Of a stretch of DNA of 64,000 nucleotides, positions 46,226-62,037 are shown piece after piece. The notes beneath the pieces were generated by a model that saw only the letters and a program-made list of their open reading frames with translations, was not told the origin of the DNA and searched no databases. The stretch lies in the NCBI RefSeq assembly GCF_009914755.1, contig NC_060940.1. One strand, written 5' to 3'. The position numbers and the translations under genes were made by a program. The stretch is from the human T2T-CHM13v2.0 reference genome, Homo sapiens. Positions within the stretch are counted from its first letter, which is position 1; each line of letters opens with the position of its first letter.

Positions 46226-47266
46226 CGGCAGCTTTGACACTTACTTGACCCTTTCCTCCTAAGCTCTACCCTGACGCTGGCTGTGTGTCCCAGAGACTTA
46301 ATCAGAAGCTGGAAGAAGGGCTGTGACGTGTGTGACAGCAGGAACTGCTGGTCAACCCACAGCCGGCCAGCCTGCCGGGACGCCATCTTGGCCCCAATCT
46401 TGGCAGGGAGAGGGGAGTGTATCGGACTCTGGGGAGAGCAGCTGCCTGCACGGGCAGGGTCCTCCCGTCTCAGGATTAACGTTCTCAACTGTATTTGATT
46501 TCTCCTCAGCCAGAGGGGGTAAGGTGGCCTTCCCAGAAGCACAGGTGGGCCGCGTGTCAGAGGCCCTGGACAGCCTGTGCCTCTCCCAGGCCTCCCAGCA
46601 GGGGTGGCTCTCGCCCCTCTGGAGGGGAGACCCCAGGAACCGGCCCCCGCCCTCAGCCATAGCCTCACAGGGTCCTTGTTTCTCGGGGCCTGGCTCTGTG
46701 GGTGCACAAGGCATGGTCGGGCTCCCGTCCTTCTGGAAGTCTCCAGAGTGGCATGTGGGCAGCTGTGTGAAGCGGCCCCCCAGATCTTCATCCAGCCTGG
46801 CCTGCAGCAGCTCCCTACGCCCTCTGCTACCTCCCCTGCCTACCTTTGGGTAGACGTTCTCTTGACCCTTCCTTCTGTGATAAAGCAAAAGCGTGTGATC
46901 TCTTTTCTCACCAAGGAATAAAACGTCTCTGAATACCACAGACGTGATGCCGGGCTTTTGGGGGCCGGGGGGTGTCCTAGGGCCCCGAGGGAGGAGCCCT
47001 GTGGGTGCCGAAGTCGGGCCGCAGGCCCTGCACTGAGATGTCCCCTCAGCCTACCCCAGGCGGCTGGGCATGCTGGGAAGTCCTCCCGGGCTGTGTGTGT
47101 GAATCATGCTGTTTCTTCTCTATTTTCTCTCTCTGTCTGTTTATTTTTGTTGTGTGTCACTCTGCCCAGCCGGCCGTCCTGTCTCTTCCCTCCATGCTCC
47201 GCTTCGCCCGCTGCTGGCCAGAGGTGACCAGGTCCGGCTCTCAGCACGGCCGCCGGCCGGGGGGCC

Positions 47267-47448
47267 ATGGGGAGCTCCGCCTCCTCCCTGGCCGCAGAGA
47301 CCGAGTCGGACCACAGCTTCCCCGGGGGACCGCCCTACCCGGGTCCCCCGGCAGCGGCTGGCTGGTGTAGGAGCGGCCCAGGGGGGCCCGTCTGGGGAGG
47401 TGCCCTGGTCAGCCGGCAGCACCAGCCCCCACGGCCCCGGGCCCGAAG
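47267..47448 (+). CDS. CAPN15: Candidate alternative N-terminal coding exon of CAPN15 (exon 47170-47448; [18 protein letters not shown]...)
   Basis: Long pyrimidine tract and CAG at 47169, GCCATGG Kozak, AAG|GTAAGA donor. 182 nt plus 22 nt of exon 4 gives 68 stop-free codons in frame with ATG 53916. Confidence 0.6.
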
Positions 47449-48370
47449 GTAAGAGGTGGGGAGGGGTGGCCCCGGAGGGCTCCCGGGGGCAGAGGGCCTC
47501 GTTCTCAGGGTGCCCCCTCCTTGGCAGAGGTGCTTGCAGAGAAGTGGGTCCCTGCTCCTTCCAGTTGTGGCAGCTCTCTTCCCCAGGGTGCAGGAGCTGA
47601 GCAGGTCTGAGACCCCGGCCTCGGCCTGGCTGGTTGGTGGTGGGGATGGGGGCTAGTGCGCCCAATCCCGGCGGCCCTGTGTTTCTCACAGGCTGTGCTG
47701 CTCCACGCAGAGAAGCTGTTCCTGAAGCTTCTTTTTGGGCTGGGGTCGCTGGCGGCTGCAGGCTCTGGGCATATTGCCTGCTGCCCACGGTTTCAAAGCT
47801 GCCAGCACTCGCTGGGCTCCGCCTGCTGCCCCCCCGGGGGTCACAGGCCACATGGCTTGGTGGCCGAACTCCACGTGCTGGCTCCTCACAGCTGTCACCA
47901 TGGCCTTGGCTACCCGCTGCGTCCCTCAGGAGCTGCCATCAGGTTCTGAGGTGCCTGGTCTGGAGGCAGTCCAGGTGGTGAGGTCTGGACTGGCTGGACC
48001 CCACCGATGCTCCTGCCGTCACCCCGTCCTGGCCCTCACTGGAGGCAGGGACACTCAGGGGCCCGGGGCCTCGGGGCCAGTGCTGCAGTGGCCGCCGTTG
48101 CTCTCACAGCGGGTCCAGGCCTGGCTTCTGAAGGCAATGTGCCTGCGTCTCACACTCAAAAGGGCCTGCCAGGCTGCACCTGGCGGCAGCTCCCACGGGG
48201 GACGATGTCCTGCTGTCTGTTGGCCCCCAGGTGGGAGGGACGGGCGTGGAGCTGCAGGCAGTGGGCAAGGCCATGGCAGGTGGCCAGGCCTGGGAACCAG
48301 CCTCCAGGTGGCATCCACGCTGAGGCCTGAGCTCCGGCCGACAAGGACTGGGGATGCAGGGGATTAGCCA

Positions 48371-48549
48371 GGGGCTGTGTGGGGGAGCCCTGGAGCCCTG
48401 TCTGCGAGTTACCCCGATGAACAGGGAGACGCGGCAGAGGCAGGGCCGGGGAGGGGCCGTGTGGGGGAGCCCTGGAGCCCTGTCTGCGAGTTACCCTGAT
48501 GGACAGAGAGACGCGGCAAAGGCAGGGCCGGGGAGGGGCCGTGTGGGGC
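48371..48549 (+). repeat. ~82-bp tandem duplication
   Basis: GTGTGGGGGAGCCCTGGAGCCCTGTCTGCGAGTTACCC occurs twice. Confidence 0.88.
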
Positions 48550-48669
48550 CTGGTGGTCGGCAGAGGAAGGGTCTGTGCTCCTCCTGCGTGTGGTGGCACC
48601 GGAGCGCCTCCCAGTTCCTGGTGTTACCGCACCAGCCGCCTCCCAGTGAGCATCTCCACGTGTGCCGAC

Positions 48670-50245
<1,576 letters not shown>

Positions 50246-50353
50246 AAACAGAAAAATGTAGAAAGGATTGTCGTTCCCTTTCTCGTTTTCCAGAGGGCAG
50301 AGGACTCTCGGCCCCTGCTTTTTGAGCACCAGGCCGAGTTTCAGACCTCGGGA

Positions 50354-50443
50354 TGGCCTCTCCAGTCTGCAGCTCCCGGCAGCCTCGGGCCACACTCCCG
50401 GGATCCCCAGGGACTGGCCTGGGACTACCGGGGGTGGCGGCCG
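50354..50443 (+). ncRNA. MIR3176: MIR3176 precursor
   Basis: Recalled mature ACTGGCCTGGGACTACCGG at 50413-50431, pairing with CCGGCAGCCTCGGGCCA upstream. Confidence 0.78.
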
Positions 50444-51764
50444 TGGCTCTGGCTATGGGGAGGGAGGCAGAGCCGCGGGGCAGGCGTGGGGTCTGCTGTG
50501 CCGGGTATGTGGGGCGTGTGTTAGACTTTGGACCTGGCCTGCGGGGTCAGGCCGTGGTGTATGATGACGCCACGCCGCTCTTTCTCTTTCACCCTGGCCT
50601 CCTGCCTGGCCCTCCCCTGGGTCGGCATCCCTGGGGCCACTCCTGCCCGTGCCCGCTGCTGTGGGGCCTGGGCTCCAGGCAGCTCCTGTCTGCTGCTGCA
50701 AACAGGCCCCCAAGGTGCATGGTGAGGAGACCCCCAGGCTAGAGATGGGCGAGAGCGGTGGGCGAGCAGACTGCGGGAAGGCAGCTGGGCCTCCACACGC
50801 GGAGCCCTCCCCACCACGTGCATGCACAGGCGACCCCTGCCGTGCTCCGACGGAGGGCGCCGGGACTGGGGAGGGTCAGCGCGACAGCCCTGGCGTTTAC
50901 TGAAGAGCTGCCTGCCTGGCTCGCTGCCCTGGTGGCCGCTGAATTCTCCCAACGCCCCAGGACAGCAGGTGCTGTGGCCCCATGACCGCTCCCCCACATG
51001 GATGAAGGGGTGGTGCACAGGCTGGTGGAGCCTGGGAGAGCCAGGGCAGCCTGCGGCCATGCGGCCATGCGGCCGGCGTGGGGCTGAGGTCCCTGTACAG
51101 CTGACAGAGTGCCTGGCGCCCTCAATCAGTAAGTCATCTACGGGCCGGGCACCGGCGGCTCAGCACAGAGAGGCAACAAGGGTAGACCCCCCCTGGCAAG
51201 GCTGACCGGCGCCGGGCTGTGGCCAGACCAGGAGACTGCAGCCCAGCTCGAGGGAGGCACCACGCCTGCCCCTCAGAGCACTGAGCAGAGCCCCCCATGG
51301 TATCCCCCGCCCTGGGCACAGCAGGAGGAGCTGCCGACCAAGTCTGGCACCCCGGTGTGCCCCGAGAGCTGTCTGGGCACAGGTTGCGGGGCTGCCCCGG
51401 CCGGACGGGGCATCTGTGTTTCTCGGTGTGGCCTCAGGGCTCTGGTGGCTTTGACCGAGGCCCCGGGGGACAGAATGCAGCTTCCTGCTCCTCACTTTTC
51501 CTAAGAAAGGGGCCGCCTCCCAGGACTGGGGCTGCGCCAGTCACAGGCCCGCGGCCTCCACGCTCCGGGTGCTGCTGTCCCGGCTGCTTCAGGGCGGGCT
51601 CTGTCTTGCACGCAGCGAGCGGCTTCATCACCTCCCTTTTGAATTGGAGCTGAGTGTCGGCAACGCCCAGATAACTGGGGCGCGCGGGTCTTTTGTGCTG
51701 GATTTTTCTGTACAGTTGCCTCGATCTTCCATCCAGCTTGGCCTCTGTGCAGTAAGGAGCGGCC

Positions 51765-51996
51765 CGTCGCCTCCCCCACGTCGCCTCCCCCACGTCGCCT
51801 CCCCCACGTCGCCTCCCCCACGTCGTCGCCTCCCCCACGTCGCCTCCCCCACGTCGTCTCCCCCACGTCGTCGTCTCCCCCACGTCGCCTCCCCCACGTC
51901 GCCTCCCCCACGTCGCCTCCCCCACGTCGCCTCCCCCACGTCGCCTCCCCTCACGTCGTCGTCTCCCCCCACGTCGTCGTCTCCCCTCACGTCGTC
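51765..51996 (+). repeat. 14/17-bp CpG-rich minisatellite, ~15 copies
   Basis: Unit CGTCGCCTCCCCCA with CGTCGTCG variants. Confidence 0.93.
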
Positions 51997-53915
51997 TGCC
52001 CTGAGCCCGCTCCCTTCGAAGGTAACCATCCTGCAGTAGTGAGGGCTCCTTGCTGAGCACGTGTGGCTGCGACTTCAGGAGCGTTCTGGGTTGAGAATTC
52101 CAAAAGGGCTTCGCTCAGGCCTGGCTTTGGGTCTTTGGGCTCCTGACGCGAGCTTTTACTTCCAGGCTTTGGCGGTCTGGCCTCAGGAGGTCAAGGCTGC
52201 AGTGAGCCGTGCGCGAGCCACTGCACCATCCTGGGCAATCAGACCCCATCTCTAAAGTTCAAAACAACATCTTTGTAAGGGTTTCGGGTCTCTGAGCCCA
52301 TGAACCTGCCCAGGCCCTGCAGAGGTGAGGGTGGCCCTAGAGTGGCTGGGGGGTTGTGGAGACCAGAACCAGGGCAGAAGGGCAGGGAGGGTGGGGGCCC
52401 TGCCGAGGTCTCCCACCGCTGACCCCTGACCCCTGGCCCCCTTCCACCTCGGCCCACCGAGAGAGGCCGGCACAGCGCAGACTGCGGGGTCAGTGACACT
52501 CCCCTCAGCGTCTCCAGCCACAGAAGGGCCGTGGCCTGCCTTCGCCCTCCTCACCCGTGTCCCGGGGCCACGTTTGAACTTTAGGCCTTGTTCTGACTTC
52601 ATTGAAACCCTCCTGAAGTGCAGACGTCTTCCTGACCCACCTGGGTTTTGCCAGGATGACTCCGAAAGGTGTCTCCCAGCAGACACACCCCGCTGGCGAT
52701 TGTTTGGTCCTGGGGACCCGGGTTCTCATTCTCCTCTCTGGAGCTGGTGAGGCTGTCCTTGCTAGTCGGTGACAACTACAGGGCCAAAGGGAGGGTGTGT
52801 CCCAGGAGGCCCAGCCCACCTCTGCCTGCACCTGCGGTCAGCGGGGTGCAGAGTCTGTGAAGGCACCTCCCGGAGTGGGGGCTGCAAAGATCATGGCCAC
52901 TGTGCCACCCACAGGGGCCCAGGCCGGACGCCTGGGCTGTGCCGCCTCGGCAGCCAGGCCGAGGAACGTGCAGGTGCGGCCGGGAGCCCGCCGGCCACAG
53001 CTGCATCCATGCCCTTCTCCGAGTGGTGATGGCGGGGAGAGGCCTGGCTGTCTACGGGCAGATTGCTTGGGCTTTCACAGAAGCCCGCTGTTAGAGCAGA
53101 TTCCCGGCCTTGGGTCTCTCTGCTCCAGCTGGACGCCCTGAGCCTCGCCGGGCCCAGTCCACCCCCGTCCACTCTGCCAGGGGCAGCTCAGAGCCCTCGC
53201 CACGCGGGGCTGAGCGCAGGGAAGGCAGCATCACGGAGTTCGCTCGGCTCCACAGAACACCCGTGTTGCTCGCGGAGACTTTTTGTTTTTGTGCTTCTTA
53301 TGAAGAGGCAGGTTTTCTTTCTTCCTGAACCAAAAGGGTTTAGATGGAGCACAAGATTCAGGCCATATTTACAAGAACAATTGATTTTTCTGCCAGGCAG
53401 AGCAGCCAGTCTGTCTCGGAGGCTGTGCTGTGGTGTGGGGAGGCCCCTTGCTCAGATCAGCCTGTGCCTTCCCCAGGCCCCGGCCCATGCACCTGCCCTT
53501 CCGTAGGTCTGAGCACCTGTTCTTCCACGCCCAGGACGACCTGGTCCTGAGTTTGGCCGGGACCCCCTGCTATCTGCCGTCCACAGGCCTGGTGACAGAG
53601 AAAGCAGTGCCCTGGAACAGCAGCCCGGCTGTGGGGTGCTCAGCCCTCTCTGTAGGATCCTGTGTGGCTCAAGGGGTCTGCTGAGCCTCCAACGGGCAAG
53701 AGGGGCCCTGAGCCATGGATCCATTCTGGGTGGAGGCAGCCCCCACCGCCGCCTGCCTCAAATGCTCAGCCCTAGGCCCTCGGCCCCGTAGCTCTGCAGC
53801 CACAGACGGGTGCCTTCCCCAGGCCGAGAGGAGGGTGGGGTCCAGCCACTCAGGACCTCACAGGGTGGCCCTGATGAGCACCTTCCCTTGCAGCCACACC
53901 CACTCGCCCGGGTCT

Positions 53916-55364
53916 ATGGCCACGGTCGGAGAGTGGTCCTGTGTGCGCTGCACCTTCCTGAACCCGGCCGGCCAGCGCCAGTGCTCCATCTGCGAGGCTC
54001 CCCGGCACAAGCCCGACCTCAACCACATCCTGCGGCTCAGCGTGGAGGAGCAGAAATGGCCCTGCGCCCGCTGCACCTTCCGCAACTTCCTGGGCAAGGA
54101 GGCCTGCGAGGTGTGCGGCTTCACCCCGGAGCCTGCGCCTGGGGCTGCCTTCCTGCCAGTCCTCAACGGGGTCCTCCCCAAGCCACCCGCCATCCTGGGG
54201 GAGCCCAAGGGCAGCTGCCAGGAGGAAGCAGGTCCAGTGAGGACTGCGGGGCTGGTGGCCACGGAGCCCGCCAGGGGGCAGTGCGAGGACAAGGACGAGG
54301 AGGAGAAGGAGGAGCAGGAGGAGGAGGAGGGAGCGGCGGAGCCCAGAGGGGGCTGGGCGTGTCCGCGTTGCACGCTGCACAACACGCCCGTGGCCAGCTC
54401 CTGCTCCGTCTGCGGGGGCCCACGCAGGCTCTCGCTGCCACGGATCCCTCCTGAGGCCCTGGTGGTCCCGGAAGTGGTGGCCCCGGCCGGCTTCCACGTC
54501 GTGCCTGCCGCGCCTCCACCTGGCCTCCCCGGGGAAGGTGCCGAGGCCAACCCCCCAGCCACCAGCCAGGGCCCAGCTGCCGAACCAGAGCCGCCCAGGG
54601 TCCCGCCCTTCAGCCCCTTCTCGTCCACCCTGCAGAACAACCCCGTGCCGCGCAGCCGACGCGAGGTTCCCCCCCAGCTGCAGCCACCGGTGCCTGAGGC
54701 TGCCCAGCCGTCACCCTCTGCCGGCTGCAGGGGAGCCCCCCAGGGCTCGGGCTGGGCTGGGGCCTCCCGCCTAGCAGAGTTGCTGTCTGGCAAGCGGCTG
54801 AGTGTGCTGGAGGAAGAGGCCACGGAGGGTGGCACCAGCCGCGTAGAGGCCGGCAGCTCCACCTCGGGCAGTGACATCATTGACCTGGCCGGAGACACCG
54901 TGCGTTACACGCCCGCCAGCCCCTCCAGCCCCGACTTCACCACCTGGTCATGTGCCAAGTGCACGCTCAGAAACCCCACAGTGGCCCCCAGGTGCTCGGC
55001 CTGCGGCTGCTCCAAACTGCACGGCTTCCAGGAGCATGGCGAGCCCCCCACCCACTGCCCCGACTGTGGGGCCGACAAGCCCAGCCCCTGCGGCAGAAGC
55101 TGCGGACGGGTGTCCTCGGCCCAGAAGGCCGCCCGCGTCCTGCCCGAGCGCCCGGGCCAGTGGGCCTGCCCTGCCTGTACCCTGCTCAACGCACTGCGGG
55201 CCAAGCACTGCGCCGCCTGCCACACGCCTCAGCTCCTGGTGGCCCAGCGGCGGGGGGCCGCGCCCCTGAGGCGCAGGGAGAGCATGCACGTGGAGCAGCG
55301 GCGGCAGACAGACGAGGGCGAGGCCAAGGCACTCTGGGAGAACATCGTGGCCTTCTGCCGGGAG
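53916..55364 (+). CDS. CAPN15: CAPN15 (calpain-15/SOLH) exon 4 coding part, aa 1-483, five RanBP2-type zinc fingers; exon begins at 53894
   Basis: Five W-x-C-x2-C-T-x2-N-x6-C-x2-C motifs; CCTTCCCTTGCAG acceptor, GAG|GTGAGG donor. Confidence 0.96.
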
Positions 55365-56069
55365 GTGAGGCGCCCCCTCGCCCTCTTCCTGCTCCTGAGC
55401 CTCCTGCTCCCGCCCTCCCCTTCCTAGGCTTTGGGCTCTGGCGATGGGCTGGGGAGGAGCCCACAAGGCCTAAGACGTGATGGGGAGGGCAGCACCCTCC
55501 GCCCCGAGGCTCCAAGCTCCCAATGGCCCTGGGGTCCAGCTTGGCCTCCTGACCCTTGGTCCTTGCTGGTGACCGAGATGCACGACCTTCACCCCCCTCA
55601 ACCCTCCACCATGGCCAGGAGGGCCCCGAGCCCCGTCTGATGTGCCGCAGGAGGCGAGGGCTTCCCAGGGGCAGCGTGGAGACCCCGCTGAAGTGCGAGG
55701 TCGGGATGTACCCGTGCTCCGCCCTCTAGAGTCCAGGATGGCATCACCCACGGGTCAACTGGGGCGCAGCCTGCACCCTCCCCAGCAGGGCCAGGGCCAG
55801 AGTCGTGCTGCCACCCACTGGGGGCTGCGCTGTCCCCCTGGGCCCACACGTCCCCTGCTCCTCACCTGTCGCCAGCCGGTGGCCTCTCCACTAGGGCTGA
55901 GGGCTTCCTCGACAGAGGGCCGGCGCCAGGTCTGTGGCTGTCCACGCTCCACCCGTCCCTTTGGGGCTCAGGCAGTGCTTTTGGGCGCTCTCCTGGGTGG
56001 GGTCTTGTCCCTGCCAGGTGGAGCGAGGCCACCCTGCCCAGCCTGAGCACATGGCCGTGGTCTCTGCAG

Positions 56070-56278
56070 AACAATGTGAGCTTCGTGGATGACAGCTTCC
56101 CTCCCGGGCCCGAGTCTGTCGGCTTCCCCGCGGGTGACAGCGTGCAGCAGCGTGTGAGGCAGTGGCTGCGACCCCAGGAGATCAACTGCTCCGTCTTCAG
56201 GGACCACAGGGCCACGTGGTCTGTGTTCCACACACTGCGGCCCTCAGACATCCTGCAGGGGCTGCTGGGGAACTGCTG
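56070..56278 (+). CDS. CAPN15: CAPN15 exon 5, calpain domain with catalytic Cys552 (QGLLGNCW)
   Basis: FVDDSFPP and [11 protein letters not shown] calpain motifs; canonical AG/GT. Confidence 0.97.
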
Positions 56279-56364
56279 GTGAGGCCTTCTCCAAGGCCGG
56301 GGTGGGGCGGGTGGGCGGGCGACCGGCCGCGGTCCCCGCGAGGTCACCCTGAGGCTCTGCGCAG

Positions 56365-56548
56365 GTTCCTGAGCGCCCTGGCGGTGCTGGCGGAGCGGCC
56401 GGACCTGGTGGAGCGGGTGATGGTCACGCGCAGCCTGTGTGCAGAGGGCGCCTACCAGGTGCGGCTGTGCAAGGACGGCACGTGGACCACGGTGCTGGTG
56501 GACGACATGCTGCCCTGTGATGAGGCCGGCTGCCTCCTCTTCTCACAG
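56365..56548 (+). CDS. CAPN15: CAPN15 exon 6 ([10 protein letters not shown]...VDDMLP...LFSQ)
   Basis: Calpain motifs; frame continuity. Confidence 0.96.
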
Positions 56549-56676
56549 GTGGGGCGGCCTGCAGGGTGGGCACGGGCGGCAGGGGCAGCCTCTGACCCCA
56601 GCCCCGAAAACAAGGCCGGCTGCTTCCTCTTCTCCCAGGGCGGGTAGTGTGGGGGGCGGGCGGGGGTGGCCTCTGA

Positions 56677-56916
<240 letters not shown>

Positions 56917-57135
56917 TAAGAGGAGGGGCACTGCGTGGTCAGCCGCGTTGGGAGGAGAGGCGAGGCGGAGCGGTGGGAGATGTGGGGCTGGTGGCCCCTG
57001 ACCCAGTTCTGCTTCCACGAGGTGCCCCTGGCGTGGGCTGACCCCGCGTGGCCAGGCCACAGCCCCAATCACCTCCCCCTCCCTGGGCGGGGCTGGAGCT
57101 GGCCTTCTCATGCCAGGAAGGCCACATCCTGGCCA

Positions 57136-57267
57136 GGCCGTGGGGCGAGACCGATGCCGTCACCCCGGAGCAGGTGTGAGCGGCGTGTCGAGTTTGACCT
57201 GGGCCGTGGGGCGAGACTGATGCCGTCATCCGCCTCGGGGCAGGCGTGAGCGGCGTGTCGAGTTTGG
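57136..57267 (+). repeat. ~66-bp imperfect tandem duplication
   Basis: GGCCGTGGGGCGAGAC(C/T)GATGCCGTCA...GTGAGCGGCGTGTCGAGTTTG occurs twice. Confidence 0.8.
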
Positions 57268-57627
57268 CCACACTCTGGTCAGCGGGTCTGTGCCTCGACC
57301 CCCAGGGGCCTCCTCGGAGTGCCCCGGTGCGAGCACCTTGAAGCTCCCGGAGCCCTCCTCTCAGCTGACCCTGGGCAGTGCTGCTGCCCACCCCCCACCC
57401 GCCCGGGAGCCACAGAGCCCAGAGCCAGCCCCACAAGGCCTCCAGGGGACCCAGGCCTGCCACCCCTGACTCAGGCCCTGTGCGCTTCAGGCATGGTGGA
57501 GGGGGCTGGTCCAGACCCTCCTGAACACTTCACGTGGTCCCTACAGGCAGGAGTGGGCCCTTCTCTGCTGCGCCTGCCTGTCTTGGTGGCAAGGTCGCGG
57601 CCAGCGAGGGCACTGGTCAGCAAGGCC

Positions 57628-58785
<1,158 letters not shown>

Positions 58786-58868
58786 TAGGGCCGGCCTGGC
58801 TGAGGGTGGGTGGGGTGCCGGTGAGACTCGGGCAGTGTGGTTCAGATCCTCACCCCTGTGGTCTGCAG

Positions 58869-59021
58869 GCTTCTGCGGCTCCGAAACCCGTGGGGCCGTT
58901 TCTCCTGGAACGGCAGCTGGTCCGACGAGTGGCCACACTGGCCGGGGCACCTGCGTGGCGAGCTCATGCCGCACGGCAGCAGTGAGGGTGTCTTCTGGAT
59001 GGAGTACGGCGACTTTGTCAG
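58869..59021 (+). CDS. CAPN15: CAPN15 exon 9, catalytic Asn737 (LRNPWG...WNGSWSD...GVFWM)
   Basis: Calpain RNPWG motif. Confidence 0.97.
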
Positions 59022-59407
59022 GTATCGGCACCGTGGGGCGGTGTGCACGCCGCCCCCGCCCTCCTAGGGCCGAGTCCTTCTCTGGAGAACAAGCCTGTCC
59101 CTCCTGCTGACCTGGGGTGGGGCGGCTTGTTCGTGGCCCAAATGGGACCTGGAGCTTCAGCTCCAAGGTGCCAACCTCAGAATTCAGGTCCACCCAGGTC
59201 AGCAGATTCCAGCGCCCTGAAGAGCCGGCCCTGGAGGGCTTCCTATTATAGGCCTCAGGGATGGGCCCCCGGGGGCCGGGCTGCAAGAGGACGGTGACGG
59301 AGCAGCTGGCACCTGCTGGGGTCACCGGCCTGTGGTTGCGGTAGGCGCTGAGCCACGGAGGTGTGGGCCGTGGTAGGCTCAGGGCCCCGTCCTCCCGCCA
59401 CCTGCAG

Positions 59408-59569
59408 GTACTTCGACTCCGTGGACATCTGTAAGGTGCACTCGGACTGGCAGGAGGCGCGGGTGCAGGGCTGCTTTCCCAGCTCGGCCAGCGCGCCCGT
59501 GGGGGTAACAGCGCTCACGGTGCTGGAGCGGGCCTCGCTGGAGTTCGCGCTCTTCCAGGAGGGCAGCAG
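59408..59569 (+). CDS. CAPN15: CAPN15 exon 10
   Basis: YFDSVDICK...ALFQEGS; 162 nt, phase 2-2. Confidence 0.93.
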
Positions 59570-59657
59570 GTGGGTGCTGCGGGGCCCCATCGGGCTGGGC
59601 TGGGCTAGGCTGGCGGCCGTGACCACGCGTGACCCTGGCCCGTGGTGTCTGGCGCAG

Positions 59658-59887
59658 GCGCTCGGACGCAGTGGACAGCCACCTGCTGGACCTGTGCATC
59701 CTGGTGTTCCGGGCCACGTTCGGCAGCGGCGGCCACCTCAGCCTGGGCCGCCTCCTGGCCCACAGTAAGCGCGCGGTCAAGAAGTTCGTCAGCTGCGACG
59801 TCATGCTGGAGCCTGGCGAGTACGCTGTGGTGTGCTGCGCCTTCAACCACTGGGGGCCGCCCCTGCCGGGCACCCCTGCCCCCCAGG
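59658..59887 (+). CDS. CAPN15: CAPN15 exon 11
   Basis: [18 protein letters not shown]...AFNHWG; 230 nt. Confidence 0.93.
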
Positions 59888-59961
59888 GTACGTGGCCCCT
59901 ACCCCAGGCTCATGCCCCAGGCCCACGGGGAGGGCTGCGGTTCACACGCCCGTCCTTGTAG

Positions 59962-60934
<973 letters not shown>

Positions 60935-62031
60935 CCACCATGCCTGGGGCAGGGGCTGTGCACAGACGGACCCCCCACCCCCACACGCACTTTATGAGGG
61001 AGACCCCGACAGAGGACGCTTGAGCCAGAATCTCAGGACCCCGCCCAGGGAGCTGCCAGCCCAGGGCTCAGCTTCCCATGGGCCCCCCGCCCCCCTCCTT
61101 CCCCTCCCTGAACCCCACAGTCCGCCTGGCCAGGCCTCCTGGCCGCCACGCAGAATACCTCGAACCAGGCGGGCTGTGAACCAGCCCCGCTCACCTGCCA
61201 GCCCCAACACCCGACGGGGGCCGAGGCCAGGCTGCCCCTCCCTGTGGGCTCAGGGTCTCCTGCGGGCTAGGCAGCCAGGAGCTCTGTCCGCAAAACCAAA
61301 TCTGGGTGTCAGAGGCCAAGACCCTGGGGTGGGATCAGGGACCACCCCTCACGGGGCATAAGGTCAGTTTTCCCCCAGAGCCCGGGTCCCTGTCCCCCAC
61401 AGGGCAGGCGGGGTCCCTGGAGCCCTGGTGTGGAGCGGCGAGTCCCGGGGCGGTGCCTGTCTCAGAAGAAGGGGCCCTTGGCCAGCCCCCCAGCGACACT
61501 ATGCAAATCCTGGAGTGCCCGCCAGGATCGAAGCCATGACTGGGTGCAGGCGGGCGCCAGGCCCGCTGTGGGTGGGCACCAGTTCTCAGCACCGCTCACT
61601 GCTGCCGGGCACACTGGGACCAGCAGGCTCCTCAGCCAACCCTGTCCCTCGGCCCGGCCCTGCCAGAGAGGGACCCCAGCACATCGTGGGCACGGGCAGG
61701 GCTCAGCCGCTCCCACCTCCCCACAGAAGCCCAGGAGTGTGTGGACGTCTGAGCCCAGCTTTCTGCGTGCCCTCCTGGCCCCTCACTCCCGGCAGCGGGC
61801 CGGCCTCGCCCCCACTCCCCCTCCTACCCCGGCAGGGGCTTCCGGGGCCTTTTCACCTGGAGAAACATTCCCACTCCCCTTTGGCCTCCCTGTACTCTGA
61901 GCTGTGAATATTTTTAACCCTGTAAATACGGCCAGCTCTTGTGACACAGAGACTATTTTATCAATTGTCAGTCCCGTTCCTTTACCATAGGATTCTCCAC
62001 AGTGGCTTCCGACTCAGGCTCCAATGGACCA

Positions 62032-62037
62032 AATAAA
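62032..62037 (+). terminator. Polyadenylation signal AATAAA (CAPN15; 3' UTR 60935-~62055)
   Basis: Canonical hexamer, upstream TGTA elements (61891, 61921). Confidence 0.85.

Noticed and set aside
53715-53893. Upstream in-frame ATG extending CAPN15 exon 4 to a 570-aa ORF
   Set aside because: It lies upstream of a clear acceptor at 53893, so it is intronic unless the intron is retained
55050-55105. Possible sixth zinc finger (CPDC...CGRSC) in CAPN15
   Set aside because: Lacks the W and N of the RanBP2 pattern and has irregular spacing
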